Below the pieces are notes generated by a model. It was not told where the DNA came from. It ran no database searches and saw only the letters and a program-made list of their open reading frames with translations. From positions 101,280,629 through 101,344,628 of the forward strand of contig NC_057718.1 of NCBI RefSeq assembly GCF_004010195.1: a stretch of DNA of 64,000 nt, given 5' to 3'. A program made the translations under genes and the position numbers. The number at the start of each line of letters is the position of its first letter. Within the stretch, counting starts at the first letter, position 1. The stretch comes from Chiloscyllium plagiosum (taxonomy: Eukaryota). Below, one piece after another: positions 24,769-37,352 of the stretch.

Positions 24769-25976
24769 ACAATGGGTGGGCAGAATCTCACTCAATTAGG
24801 ACTCTTAATTTTTGGATTCTGACAATTAGGATTTGTATGTAATGTTGGCATTAATTTGCTCTATTTTTCAACAGAAATGCAATCACCTATTTATTCCAAA
24901 ATGCAGATGATGCTTGGATATCACTGTTTGGTAATTGTAAAGATTGCTCCTCCCCACCTCGGCTGTATTCCCTTGTTACAATATTTGATTTGGTTTCTAG
25001 CTCCATTCAGGCCAGTTGACCTGTCGCAGTCATAATGCCGGATGGCCACTGTCCCCCTTACATTATTTTGTTCCTTAATCTTCTCGTGTCACCTTGCTCA
25101 CTTAACGGAGTATACGTTTAGCCTGGTAGCAATCAGCAGTCTGGCTTCTGGACATAAAGGTGCACATGCTTTTGTGTGATAAATGGGCAAGGTCTAGGAT
25201 TCCAAGCGATGATTTTGAAGAATTTACATAAGATTATGTCAAGGTTCCTTCTGCATTATCTACTGGATGCTTTTATTTCCCACTTACTTTTTGATACTTT
25301 TTCTTATATAAAGCCATTAATAAATATTTAATGCCTAAAAAGGCATGACATCCTAATCTTTTTTTTTATTAAAAATGGATTAGAATCTTAAAGTCTGAAA
25401 TAGAATCTTCTGATGCTGCGGTCCTTGCAACCATTTTTTGCTGTAGCATCATAAAGGTAGCTCCCACATGGATAAACAGCTCTGAATAAGACTGAGGTGT
25501 GATGCAGCAGAGCCTACATTCAACAAAAACTTATATTTATATAGCACCTTTAACATGTTAAAGCATCCCTCAGCGCTTCACAGATACATTATGGAACAAA
25601 GCATGACACTAGTGATAGAAGGAGCAACATGAGGGATTACTGAGTGCAATGATTTTTTAAAAAGGCATAGATTTTAAGAAGTACCTTAAACAAGGAAAAC
25701 AAGATCACAAAATTGAAATGTTTACGGGTGGAATTCCAGAACTTTCAGCCAAGACAGCTGAAGGCTGAGTCACCAATGGTGGAGCGACTAAAACCTGGGA
25801 AAATCGAAAGGTCAGAATGAGATGTTTTAAATTCATTTATGGGATGTGGGTATCACTGACCAAGCCAACATTTATTGTCCGTTCCTAATTGCCCAGAGGG
25901 CAGTTAGGAATCAGCCCCATTGCCGTGGGTCTAGAGTCACATGGAAGTCGACCAGGTAAGGACATTAGTGTACCAG

Positions 25977-26104
25977 GGTCTAGATTAGAGTGGTGCTGGA
26001 AAAGCACAGCAGGGCAGGCAGCATCCGAGGAGCAGGAAAATCAACGGTTCGGGCAAAAGCGCTTCGTCAGGAATGAGGCAGGGAGCCTCCGGGGTGGAGG
26101 GATA
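25977..26104 (-). mobile_element. PLE family A-like fragment with mutated hammerhead
   Basis: Minus strand ctgacgaagcgcttttgcccgaaccgttg. Confidence 0.75.
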
Positions 26105-26496
26105 GTTGACAATGGTCATCATTAGACTCTTAATTCCAGATTTGCCATGGTGAATGCAAGATATGGTATGGCCTGGGAGGACATTAGGAAAGGTCTAGTA
26201 GGTGGAAGGATTTGAAAATAAGGATGAGAGTTTTAAAGGCAAAATGACGCTGAGCCAAGAACCAATGCAGGTCAGGGTGATGGGAGAATAGGACTCACTG
26301 CAAATTCAGATGAAGACAAAGGTTTACATGACTTTAAGTTTCATGTTTGAGACAACCAGCAATGCAAGTCTCAAGGTAATGAAGATCTGAAAAGGAGTTT
26401 TAGCAGCAGGTGAGCAGAGTTGGAGTGAAGATGACCACAATGCTGTGAGTGGAATAGGCTGCCTTGGTGGTGATAGCACCGAAGATTGGAAGCTCA

Positions 26497-26815
26497 TTAG
26501 ATTAGATTAGATTCGATTCCCTACAGTGTGGAAACAGGCCCTTCGGCCCATCAAGTCCACACTGACCCTCCGAAGAGTAACCCGCCCAGACCCATTTCCC
26601 TCTGACTAATGTACCTAACACTATGGTCAATTTAGCATGGCCAATTCACCTGACCTGCACATCTTTGGACTGTGTGAGGAAACCGGAGCACCCGAAGGAA
26701 ACCCACGCAGACACGGGGAGAATGTGCAAACTCCACACAGACAGTCACCTGAAGTTGGAATCGAACCTGGGACCCTGACGCTGTGAGGCAGCAATGCTAA
26801 CCACTGAGCCACTGT
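26497..26815 (-). mobile_element. HE1-type SINE
   Basis: Near full-length reverse complement with (tagat)n tail. Confidence 0.9.
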
Positions 26816-29478
26816 GGATCCGTAACGATATCAATACTGTCAACAGATTGGTCTGAACCTCTTACTAGGGAGAGTCAGTAAGTGGTGAATGGAGTTTGAA
26901 AATGAAGCCTTTACTTTGCCCAGAGTTTAATTGAGGAAATTTCTGTTTTTCTCGACCAATCTGTGGATCCACCAGGTATGATCATTTTCCTACAACCTCT
27001 GCCATCAGTGTGCAGAGTTTGGGAAGAGAATTAACATAATGCTTAATGATTATTTAACTCGCCCCACCCCCTCACCATTATCACCCTCTTGTCCCAATAC
27101 TCTGCACTCACTCCTAATACACATCCCAATTAATAATCTACATACAATATTATAGTCTGTATTCAACTTTCAGTGATTCGTTACAAAAATGAACTTTGCA
27201 TTGAATTTTGGGCACTACTTTACCTTTCCTATTTTCGGGTAAAGTCTTCTATCAGGATATGGTGGCTTCAGGAAAATAGTGAAGTCTGGCGAAGGATGGA
27301 TAGCAAGGTCCAGATTTCACTAAGTCAAAACATGTCACACCTCCAAATATCTTCTTATGTGCATTTACCGTGCATTTGAGAAAATATATTTATTGTGGGA
27401 TTATGGTCAGCGTAGACTGGTTGGACCAGAGGGTCTGTTTCTGTGCTGTATGACTCTATGACTATGAGTCTGTCAGCTAGCTACAACAGAGGGGACTGTT
27501 GAAAGCAGTTTTCAGAAGTCTGAAAGACCACTTTACTAAAGGGCTGAGCTTTGAAAGTTGACCTACTTTACTGAATCATTTTTCAATAAATCTTTCATCT
27601 TTGGACAATTTATCTTTGGTTTACCAACCTGTGTTACCAAGACTTTGATCGCCTGACCCTTTATTTCCTTATGTGGCTCGGTGTCAAATCTGAGAGCTTC
27701 TGTGATGTGCTTTAGAAACTGTAGCTGTAGTATTGGATCTTATCATTTTGGGAAATACTTTCAGAGCTTCTCATCTCCCAGGTATATAACCCCTGAGACC
27801 TCCTCACTCCAACTAGAAGCTAGGTGCAGTTCTTGGGATTAAAGGGATCACAGGGAATGCGGAGAAAGCAGGAACAGGGGACTGATTTGGATGATCAGCC
27901 ATGCTCATATTGAATGGGGAGCAGGCGAAAAGGGCCAAATGGCCTACTCCTGCTCCTATTGTCTATGTTTCTTGCCTTTTCTGCTTCTCCAACTTTTAAG
28001 GTCCCCACTCGCTGCCTAAGGACCTGAACATTGGAATTCACCCCTCGGTACCCTACTTTCCTTCTTCAAGATACTCCTTCAGACCTAGCTCTTTGACCAG
28101 CCTGTCCACGCATCTCTCTCTGAGGCTCGGTTCTATTCTGAAAATACTGTGAAGAAGCACCTTCGGAACAAAGCGGCAACTGTTGTAGTATTTGCAGTCT
28201 TTCTGCTCAGAAAAATATGCAAAAAGACCATCCTTATCTTAAATAAAGCTCATTGACTGTGGGATGATTTAATGGTCTTGCTTAAGGGAAAAAAAATTGC
28301 AATATTAATCAGGCTTCGATAATTATACTTAGTGAGAACTTTGGATACCATCCTACCAAAACAAAGTGGATGAGAGGTTTGAATCTGATGATGTAGCTTT
28401 TCCACTGTCTTAGAAATATAATTTGGATCATTGTAGGGACTTGACCCACTCCTGTTCAAAAATAATGGGCTTATCACCATTGAATGGCACCATAGACTCG
28501 ATGGGCTGAATGGTCTACTTCTGCTTATACATTTTATGGTCTTATGGTATCATCAGCAGGGAAGGAGCTCTAAAGTTTTTTTAAGTCAAGTTATTGACTT
28601 GGGCTAATGCTTAATGTGGAACAGGCAATATTTTGCGGCTGTACCTATCTGGGAAATGGAGTGTTACATTTTACAACGTGGTTAAGGTATCAACATCTCC
28701 CACATTTCCCTGATTTTGTTGAAAAATGGAGAGACAATCTTTCCAGTGGCTAAAGAGCAAAGACCAGGTTTGAACTGCTTGGCAAAAACACATGCAAACA
28801 TACAATTTCAGTACAAACCATTCAGTCCCTCAAGCCCTACTCCACCATTCAGTGGAACATGGCTGATCTGGTTAGTCCACATTCTTGACCAGTTCCAATA
28901 ACCTTTTCACCCTCTTGCTTCTTTATCAGGCAGAGTGGATATGAGAGATGCCTATTGTTTTCAACAGAACAAGATAAGATTTATAGTGCACTGCCTAAAT
29001 TGTTTTTTCTCTCTCTTCTTTCACGGGATGTGTGTATATCTGGCTAGTCCAGCATTTATTGCACATCCCTAATTGCCCAGAGGGCAGTTAAATGTCAACC
29101 ACATTGCATTGTGGGTCTGGATCAGCTCATGACATTAGATTATTTTTATTATTGAATTCAATCTCCAACATCTTCCATGGCAGTGTTTGAACCTGACACC
29201 TCAGAACATTATCTGGATCAACAGTCCAGCGATAATACCACTAGACTATTGCCTCCCTAAAGTGCTGGGAATTAAACTCAAAAGTAGCCTTCAAAAATAC
29301 ATTGGACCAATTCTTGAAACAGAAGAATTTGCAGGGATGTAGAGAAAAGAATAATGCAGACTCAGCTTGTCGAATGACTTCCAAGAACAACAGGAGTAGG
29401 CTATTCAGTCCCTCATTTTGGATTAGTGGTGCTGGAAGAGCACAGCAGTTCAGGCAGCATCCAAGGAGCTTCGAAATC

Positions 29479-29506
29479 GACGTTTCGGGCAAAAGCCCTT
29501 CATCAG
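29479..29506 (-). ncRNA. Minimal type-I hammerhead ribozyme motif, intact core
   Basis: Minus strand CTGATGA-A-GGGC-TTTT-GCCC-GAAAC-GTC. Confidence 0.8.
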
Positions 29507-30265
29507 GAATAAAGGCAGAGAGCCTGAAGCATGGAGAGATAAGCTAGAGGAGGGTGGGGGTGGGGAGAAAGTAGCACAGAGTACAATGGGCGAGTGGGGG
29601 AGAGGATGAAGGTGATAGGTCAAGGAGGAGAGGGTGGAGTGAATAGGTGGAAAGCTCCTTTAGGGCCTTGGATAGAGGTGAGGGAGGAGGTGTGGGCGCA
29701 GGTTAGACGCGAGGAGGTTGAGCAATTCATCCCGCGAGGAGGTTGAGCAATTCATGATGACTGCATTGGCGCCACCTCGTGCTCCCGCGAGGAGGTTGAG
29801 CAATTCATACCGGCACCACTCCCCACCTCTTCCTCCGCTACATTGATGACTGCATTGGCGCCACCTTGTGCTCCCGCGAGGAGGTTGAGCAATTCATCAA
29901 CCTCCCTCACCTCTATCGAAGGCCCTAAAGGAGCCTTCCACATCCATCAAAGTTTTACTTGCTCATCCACTAATATCATTTATTGTATCCGTTGCTCCCA
30001 ATGCGGTCTCCTCTACATTGGGGAGAGTAGGTGCCTCCTAGCAGAATGCTTTAGGGAACATCTCCGAGACACCCGCACCAATCAACCAAACCGCCCCGTG
30101 GCCAACATTTCAACTCCCCCTCCCACTCTGCCAAGGANNNNNNNNNNNNNNNNNNNNNNNNNNNNNNNNNNNNNNNNNNNNNNNNNNNNNNNNNNNNNNN
30201 NNNNNNNNNNNNNNNNNNNNNNNNNNNNNNNNNNNNNNNNNNNNNNNNNNNNACTGCCTTTATTC

Positions 30266-30293
30266 CTGATGAAGGGCTTTTGCCCGAAACGTC
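30266..30293 (+). ncRNA. Minimal type-I hammerhead ribozyme motif, intact core
   Basis: CTGATGA-A-GGGC-TTTT-GCCC-GAAAC-GTC, downstream of the GIY-YIG coding fragment. Confidence 0.82.
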
Positions 30294-30408
30294 GATTTCG
30301 AAGCTCCTTGGATGCTGCCTGAACTGCTGTGCTCTTCCAGCACCACTAATCCAGAATCTGGTTTCCAGCATCTGCAGTTATTGTTTTTACCTCATTCAGT
30401 CCCTCAGC

Positions 30409-30629
30409 TAGGTGAAAGTGAGGATTGCAGATGCTGGAGATCAGAGTCAAGATTAGAGTGGTGCTGGAAAAGCACAGCAGGTCAGGCTACATCCGAGGCG
30501 CAGGAAAATTGATGTTTTGGGCAAAAGCCCTTCATCAGGAAATGATGAAGGGCTTTTGCCCAAAATGTCGATTTTCCTGCCCCTCGGATGCTGCCTGACC
30601 GGCTGTGCTTTTCCAGCACCACTCTAATC
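30409..30629. mobile_element. PLE hairpin element, both hammerheads mutated
   Basis: Inverted arms gattagagtggtgctggaaaagcacagc / gctgtgcttttccagcaccactctaatc; both cores read CCCAAAA. Confidence 0.85.
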
Positions 30630-31125
30630 ATTCCACCATTCAATGAGACTATAGCTGATCTGTGTCCTAACTCCATACTCCTGCCCTTTGTCTATATCCT
30701 TTAATACCTTTACTTAACAAAATATATTTATCTCAGATTTAAAACTAACAACGATTCTGCATCCACTGCCCATTTGTGGAAGAGAGTTACAGACATCTCC
30801 CACCCTTTGTGTGTTGAAGTGCTTCCCCACATCTCTCCTGAACGGTCTGGCCCTAATTCTCAGACTATGCCCCTAGTTATAGAATCCCCAACCAGTGAAA
30901 ATAGTTTATCTTTATCTACCCTGTCTTTTCCTTTAACATCTTGAAGACTTTAATCAGATCACCCCTTAACCTTCTAAATTCTAGATAAACCAGACATATT
31001 TTGCATTCTCTGTCCTCATAACACCTTGGACACCTACACTGTACTCCTTCCAAGACCAATATATCCTTCCTAAGGGTGTGGTGCCCAGATCTGCTCACAG
31101 TATTCCAAGTGGGGTCTAACTAGTT
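30630..31125 (-). mobile_element. Older CR1 LINE fragment
   Basis: ORF 30916..31098 LRKDILVLEGVQ...LEFRRLRGDLIKVFKML. Confidence 0.8.
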
Positions 31126-32275
31126 CTATGATTCAGTTCGCTAACTCTGATTTCTCTCCACAGATGCTGCCAGACCTGCTGAGCTTTTCCAGCAATTTGT
31201 CTTTTTCTGATTTTCAGTTGCTGTGAGTCTGCAACCACAATACATACACCCTCATCTTAGCGCTGTTGGAATTTTGTTCCTTTGGAAAATCTGGGAATAT
31301 CAGTAACTTGGAGAGTTAGGATCAGACGAAAATCCAACTCTTACTTAGATCAGTCTGTGGCATGAACAATCAACGTAGTGCTGCTTGAAAGGAACAATTG
31401 GGGACAATGCTGTTTGTTCATTGTTTAAGATTTGCACCCGTTACCGTCCTGGCGTGGTCGTTAACTGTAGGTTTCATTTCCTTCTTTGTCGGGCCCAGGA
31501 TTGCCAGATTTAGGTTTCAGTTTGTGTTTTTCTGAATCATGTAACAGCAGCTTAAATTATTTTCATGGGACTGGTCCCTCATTTTTTAAAAATATAAACC
31601 CAAGTAGTTATTTTAATCCAAAGCTTTTGTGGGGTTGGCAATTATTACGTGTCCTCTGCATTCGTTCACAAGACGTTTTACTCCACCCAGGGCAGAACAG
31701 AAACTTATTATTGTGAGTTTAATTTTAACGAACCTAATTGATTCTCCCTCTCCTGTTCATTCAGACTTTCGGGTGCCACTTTGTACCACAACAGCTGCGA
31801 GAGTTGATTTTGAAAGTCCAGATTTGTGCCTCAAATATGTCTCTCTGGGATTTTGCCAAGAGTCAGTGCTGACAATTGGTGTTTCAGCCTGGAGACAGTT
31901 TCTCATTTACTTTTCGATAATCGGTTCAAGCAACATATTTCAGAGAACTGTAGTGTGTGCACTAATACAAAGAAGTTGCGAGGAAACTGGTTTCTCCCCC
32001 CCAACAAATCTACGTCAGCATTTCCTCTCCAAAGCAGCAAGTATTTCTCATCACACTTACCTGCCCTGTTCGCAGATCCCCTCAGTCTTTTCCTTTATCC
32101 ATCTTTTCAATTCAATCTAGAATGTCGATTTAGTTTTGATCTGATCCAGGAACCCTCGAAGAGCATGGTGTTTCATTCATTCTCACTTTTACGTTTCTCA
32201 TTGTCCCCTTCACTGTCACCCAGACCACAGTGGTTCAGGATTTAAGCCTCAGTCCAGGCCTGTTCAGCCGCAGTT

Positions 32276-32346
32276 GTATTGGTGGTTCAGTGGTGGAATT
32301 CTCGCCTCCCACACGAGAAGCCAGGCTTCGATTCCCGGCCAATGCA
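32276..32346 (+). pseudogene. tRNA-Gly(CCC) pseudogene
   Basis: 71 nt GTATTGGTGGTTCAGTGGTGGAATTCTCGCCTCCCACACGAGAAGCCAGGCTTCGATTCCCGGCCAATGCA follows vertebrate tRNA-Gly; anticodon CCC; mismatches in the anticodon and T stems and an altered B box. Confidence 0.85.
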
Positions 32347-32362
32347 TGACAGCCCTTTCTTT

Positions 32363-32752
32363 GGCGGCTCAGTGGTTAGCACTGCTACCTCTCAGCGCCA
32401 GCGACTCGGATTCGAGTCCCACATTGGGCGACTGTCTGTGTGGAGTTTGCACATTCTCCCTGTGTCTGCATGGGTTTGCTCTGGTTTCCTCCCACAATCC
32501 ACAGATGTGCAGGTCAGGTGAATTGGCCATGCTAAATTGCTCATAGTGTTAGGTGCATTAGTCAGGGGTAAATATAGGGTAGATTAGAGTGGTGCTGGAA
32601 AAGCACAGCTGTTCAGGCAGCATCCGAGGAGCAAGAAAATCAACGTTTCGGGCAAAAGCCCTTCAAATGGGTCTGGGTGGATTACTCTTTGGAGGATCGG
32701 TGTGGACTTGTTGGGCTGTAGGGCCTGTTTCCACACTGTAGGGAATCTAATC
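32363..32752 (+). mobile_element. HE1-type SINE containing a PLE fragment (about 32581-32665, minus)
   Basis: HE1 head, core and tail, interrupted by agattagagtggtgctgg...cgtttcgggcaaaagcccttca. Confidence 0.88.
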
Positions 32753-33067
32753 TCACCTTTAACATCCTGGGCTAGACAAGAGTGATAGGGATCAGGCAAA
32801 TTTTCAAACTGTGTGCTTTCACCTGTGCGAATGTGGGACTCCAGCTGACAATAAGGTTTCTGTGTGATCCACCCAAGTGTGTAGACTGCCAAACCTGTGT
32901 AGTGAGGCCACAGATAAGCCATGGTCTCTATGATCAAGCTGGAGGGGCTGAATGGCCTACTCCAGTTCCTATGTTCCTCTGTAACAGTACAGCGTAAATG
33001 GAGGGCATTCAACAAGTTGAGTCTGCATTATTCTTTCCCCTACATCCCTGCAAATTATTCTTTTTCA

Positions 33068-33198
33068 AGAAGGGTTTGGAAGGATATGGGCTGGGTGCTG
33101 GCAGGTGGGACGAGATTGGATTGGGATATCTGGTCGGCATAGATGGGTTGGACCGAAGAGTCTGTTTCCGTGCTGTACATCTCTATGACTCTATGACT
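33068..33198 (+). mobile_element. CR1 3' tail
   Basis: Matches 57520-57643; (ctctatga)n end. Confidence 0.85.
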
Positions 33199-36100
33199 CT
33201 AATTGTTCTGATGAACTTTTGAAGGCTGATATTGAGTTAAATTCCCCTCACTTTGGGAAGACAATGGTCTAGTGGTATTATTGCCTGACTTAGTTAATCC
33301 AGACACCCAGGAAATGTTCTGGGGACCCAGGATCAAATGGTAGTGTTTGAATTCAATTTTAAAAATATAATGCCCTTTAGATTTACGGAAGAAGGCTGCA
33401 GTCACTTATCAGAGTAAGCACGTGCTAACCTCATCGCTCCACTCCACTTTATCCTCATATGGGTTGTGATTGTTGGAGGGACAGGTCAGGCTGAATGAAA
33501 AAATTGTGCCTTCAGGAACCCTCTATACAAATTGATGTTAACACCTGCTGGAGTCCAATTTGTGAGACCTTAGCTAAAATTAGAGAACACTGGTGAAACT
33601 CAGCAGATCTGACAGCACCTGTAGAGGGAAAGCAGAATTAACGATTCAGGTCCGTGACCCTTCTTCACGGCTGAAGTTAACTGATGCGCTTTCTCTCCAC
33701 AGATGCTGCCAGACCTACTGAGTTTCTCTAACATTCCTTGTGTTTGTTTCAGATTTCCACTGTATCTTGCTTTTATTATTGCGAGATATTAACCTTGTTA
33801 AATGTGTCTCTGTAGTTGTGCCACCTTACTTGGCAGTATTCCATTCACCCTTGCCCTGAACCAAATCTCAAAGCCTTATGTGGATTAAAATTGCCAGAAA
33901 TTTCAATCTGTTCTATGTGCTTCCTTTTCAAAGCATGTTCCTCCTTACCTAATATATATCTAATGTAGTGTTCTGCAGTGTTATAGCGATGTGCTAATAA
34001 ATAAGAATGTTGTATTAATTGGTCATTCACACACTACATTGCAAGGTGAATGAACCCGGTACATTTCCACATAGCCTTACCTACGTTTGCAGCTTTTCAT
34101 ACTCTCAATCCTGCATTTATCAAAGAAAAATCAAATTTAAAGCAATTGAATGCCCTAATCTAGGTCCAATTCTCATCCTTTTCAACCCACCTGTCGCCTG
34201 CTCTTTGGCACTCGCTTCAGAGTGATGTTGATTTGCTACAACTACAGTTTAATGAATTCTGAAAGGGCTGTTAAACTCAATGTTAACCGTCTGTAGGCTT
34301 TGCCAGATGGGGCGGTTGGTGCTCGAGGAGTTGCCAGGGTTACCTCTGCATGCTCCTGGCAACGTTCTCTTGATGTAAGAATTAGGAACAGGAGTAGGCA
34401 ATTCTGCCCCTCAAGCCTGCACCAACATTTAATACAATTGTGGCTGATCTCAATAAAATCTGAAAGAACTGCGGATTCTGCAAATCCGAAAGAAAAACAG
34501 AAATTCCTGGAAAAGCTCTGGCAGCATCCATGGAGAGAAATCAGAGTCAACGCTTCAGGTCCAGTTCTAAGGAAGGGTCATTGGACCCAAAATGTTAACT
34601 CCGAGTTCTCGCCACAGACGCTGCCAGACCTGCTGAGCTTTTCCAGCAACTTCTGTTTTCATTTATGGCTTATCTCATCTCAACCTCAACTCCACTCTCC
34701 TGCCCTCACACCATAACCCTTCAACCAGTTACGAATTAAAAATCCGTCTGTCTCCTCTCTAAATTTATTCAGTTTTCCGGTGTTCACTACGCTCTGGGAT
34801 CGTGGATTCCACAGATTCAGGACCCTTTGAGGAAGTAATTCATCCTCAACTCTATTTTAAATCTGCCATTGCTTCTCCTAAATTTACAGATGTAGAGATG
34901 TTGAAGGAGTGAGCAGGGAAATGGAGTTGAAGCCGAGATAGATCAGCCATGATCGTATTAAATATAGCAGGCTTGAGTGGCCTACTCCTGCTCTTACCTC
35001 TTATGTTCTTATAATGAAAACTGATGATAATGAAAGCTATGTTGGTGCACTTTGGTGCAACTATATTGTACAAAAGCAATCACAACTCATATTTATGTCG
35101 CGGTATAACATCGGAAAACATCCCAATGCGTTTTACCAGGTTGTCAACAACCAGAATTTGACATTGAGCCACAGAAGAAGATATAAGGTTAATTAACTGG
35201 AAGCTTAGTCAAAAAGATAGGTGTTAAGAAGAAGTTAAGTAACAGAGAGTGTGAGAGAAAAACGGGCAAATGGGGAGCTTTAAAAACTGAGAAAGGGAAT
35301 TCCTGAACTTTGGCACTAAGAAATGCCAATAATTAAAAATGTTTAACAAATGGTAGCTGTTAATTACACATCAGAAAAATATACTTGCATTTATAACTTT
35401 TTTCCCAACATACTTAGAATGATTAGATCAATTCTTGACTCCATTAGTATGTGACTCCAGTAAGCAGCCTTAATCTAACCCTACATTAAAATGTTGATTT
35501 GTTCACTCCAGTGAAGAGCTTGCATGAAGTATTCATTATAGTCCTCCTGATTAAACAAGTTCATGAAATGTTCTTTCTATTTATTTAATAACTGACAGTA
35601 AATTGCGAAGCAGATTTGTGTCTTTTTCCCCAGCTCAGAATTGACAAAACTTTCTGAATTTGAGACCACATTCCCAACACAGAATACAAATAGAGAAAGG
35701 GCTCTTTCGTTGATGGCGGACAATTTTTGAAGTTTTAGTTCATGTAAGTGAGCTTGAAACCACACCCGGCCCTGTTTCAGCCCTCTTTTTGTTGGAATCT
35801 GTGACCCTAATTTCATGGTTTAAGCACCATTGCCAGCACCATATGAACCAAGTGCTTCCCTATACTTTAGCTCATTTATCATTTACCACAAGGACTGGGT
35901 TCATGTTGAGACAGGTATCTTGAAGTTTATTAACAATATCATTGACAATGCTATAATGTCTCAGACTGAAACATTGTCTGGGTTCTATGCCTACTGATTA
36001 TGTAGCTTAATGATACAGGAAGTGCGAGCAGGATACCATTCCTGTTACGGCTGAAGGCGTTTCTGGGGCTTTATACTGGAATGTTACATGTCGTGCTGTC

Positions 36101-37159
36101 ATGTGATTGTCTCCAAAGTACGCTGCCAGTCTGTTCTGGAATCTGGGCATGAGCAGAACAATCCACTCAGTCTTTGATCTGGTTACGAATATGACTGCAG
36201 GGGGTGTTTATTAAATGCACTTCCTGTCAGACCAGAAGACAGGCAGAATTAGCCCATCGAGTTTCCGCCACCATTTGTGGCTGTTTTGATAACCCTCAGC
36301 TCCAATTTGCTGCCTTTTCCTCATGTCCCATGATCCATTTCCTCATTGGAAAGGCGATTTAGGGTCTTCTCATTGTCATCCTTATCCATTCGGAGTCCAA
36401 CTCCATAGGGAGTGCAGGGGTGCTGCACAGGTTTGACAAACTGGTTAAAAAGCAGGAAGCTGGTCCTGTCCACACAGTGCCATTTCCTCTGGAATGCGAG
36501 GTGTGGTTGTGCCATCTTGGAAAAGCGACTTTGATGGGAAAGGGCCAAAGAGTTCCTGCTCTGCACTTTGAAGCCTGACGTGCATGTACTGGCTGCTGGT
36601 CAGAATGCCCCGGGCTCTGGGAACCAGGCAGCTAGGTGGAGGCTGCCAGCAGCAGCTAGAGCTCCTTTACACCCCTCCTCGTGGGCTGAGAGAGATAGGA
36701 CTGGAGCCTCCACTCCCCTGCCCTCTGCAGCTAACCTTCAGCCTCCCTCTGGGACCCCTGTACACTCCTCTCTGGGGACCTCTGCCCCCCCTCTCTCCGA
36801 ACCCCAATCTCTCCAAATGGCTTGCTTTCCCAAATCCCTCTTACAGGCTCACTGGGGTGGGGGTGGGGGTGGGGAGGGGCGCAAAGTCTGACGAGATTGC
36901 CGATTCAGAGCTGAGAGTCTTACCAACTGAGCCACACCTTTCGCATAATGGGTTCAAACTTTCAACCTGATCAAAATGCATCATTTTAATCCCTTGGCAT
37001 CAGAAATTGATCAGAATTTTTGGCAAGCTGCAAATCTGAATTAAATCTTAGACAGGCAAGGCCTGAAAGGTAGATTGCCTGTGTGTTCTGGAATCTAACA
37101 GAATAATCCACTCGGTTTTGATCTGCAAGGGATGTTTAATCGATGCACTTTTCCTAAGG

Positions 37160-37352
37160 CCAGAAGTCACACGACACCAGTTTATGATCCAACAGGCTTC
37201 TTTGAATCCACAAGCCTTCTGTGCTTTCGTCATCTGATGAAGGGGCAGCGCTCCGAAAGCTTGTGATTTCAAAAAAACCTGTTGGACCATAAACTGGTAT
37301 CATGTTACTTCTGACTTTGTCTACCCCAGTCCAACACCAGCACGCCCACATC
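37160..37352. mobile_element. PLE family C hairpin element
   Basis: Inverted cagaagtcacacgacaccagtttat / ataaactggtatcatgttacttctg arms. Confidence 0.8.
37234..37262 (+). ncRNA. Minimal hammerhead ribozyme motif, family C, intact core
   Basis: CTGATGA-A-GGGGC-AGC-GCTCC-GAAAG-CTT (AGCT palindrome). Confidence 0.75.

Larger units (their letters stand above)
29416..30393 (+). mobile_element. Rearranged Penelope-like element with RT and GIY-YIG endonuclease fragments and inverted pseudo-LTRs
   Basis: RT motif TGTTPHLFLRYIDDCIGA (YIDD at 29839-29850); EN FTCSSTNIIYCIRCSQCGLLYIGESRCLLAECFREH; TSD attcagtccctca at 29403-29415 and 30394-30406; N gap 30138-30252. Confidence 0.92.

Noticed and set aside
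29843..30322. 159 aa ORF as a functional nuclease gene
   Set aside because: Rearranged, truncated PLE fragment; the RT piece is in another frame and the ORF crosses an N gap
31629..32245. Overlapping 163 and 139 aa ORFs
   Set aside because: Non-ATG starts, no motif, no convincing splice structure
36300..36900. GC-rich stretch with several ORFs as an exon or CpG island
   Set aside because: Low CpG, low-complexity C-rich and G-rich tracts, no recognisable peptide
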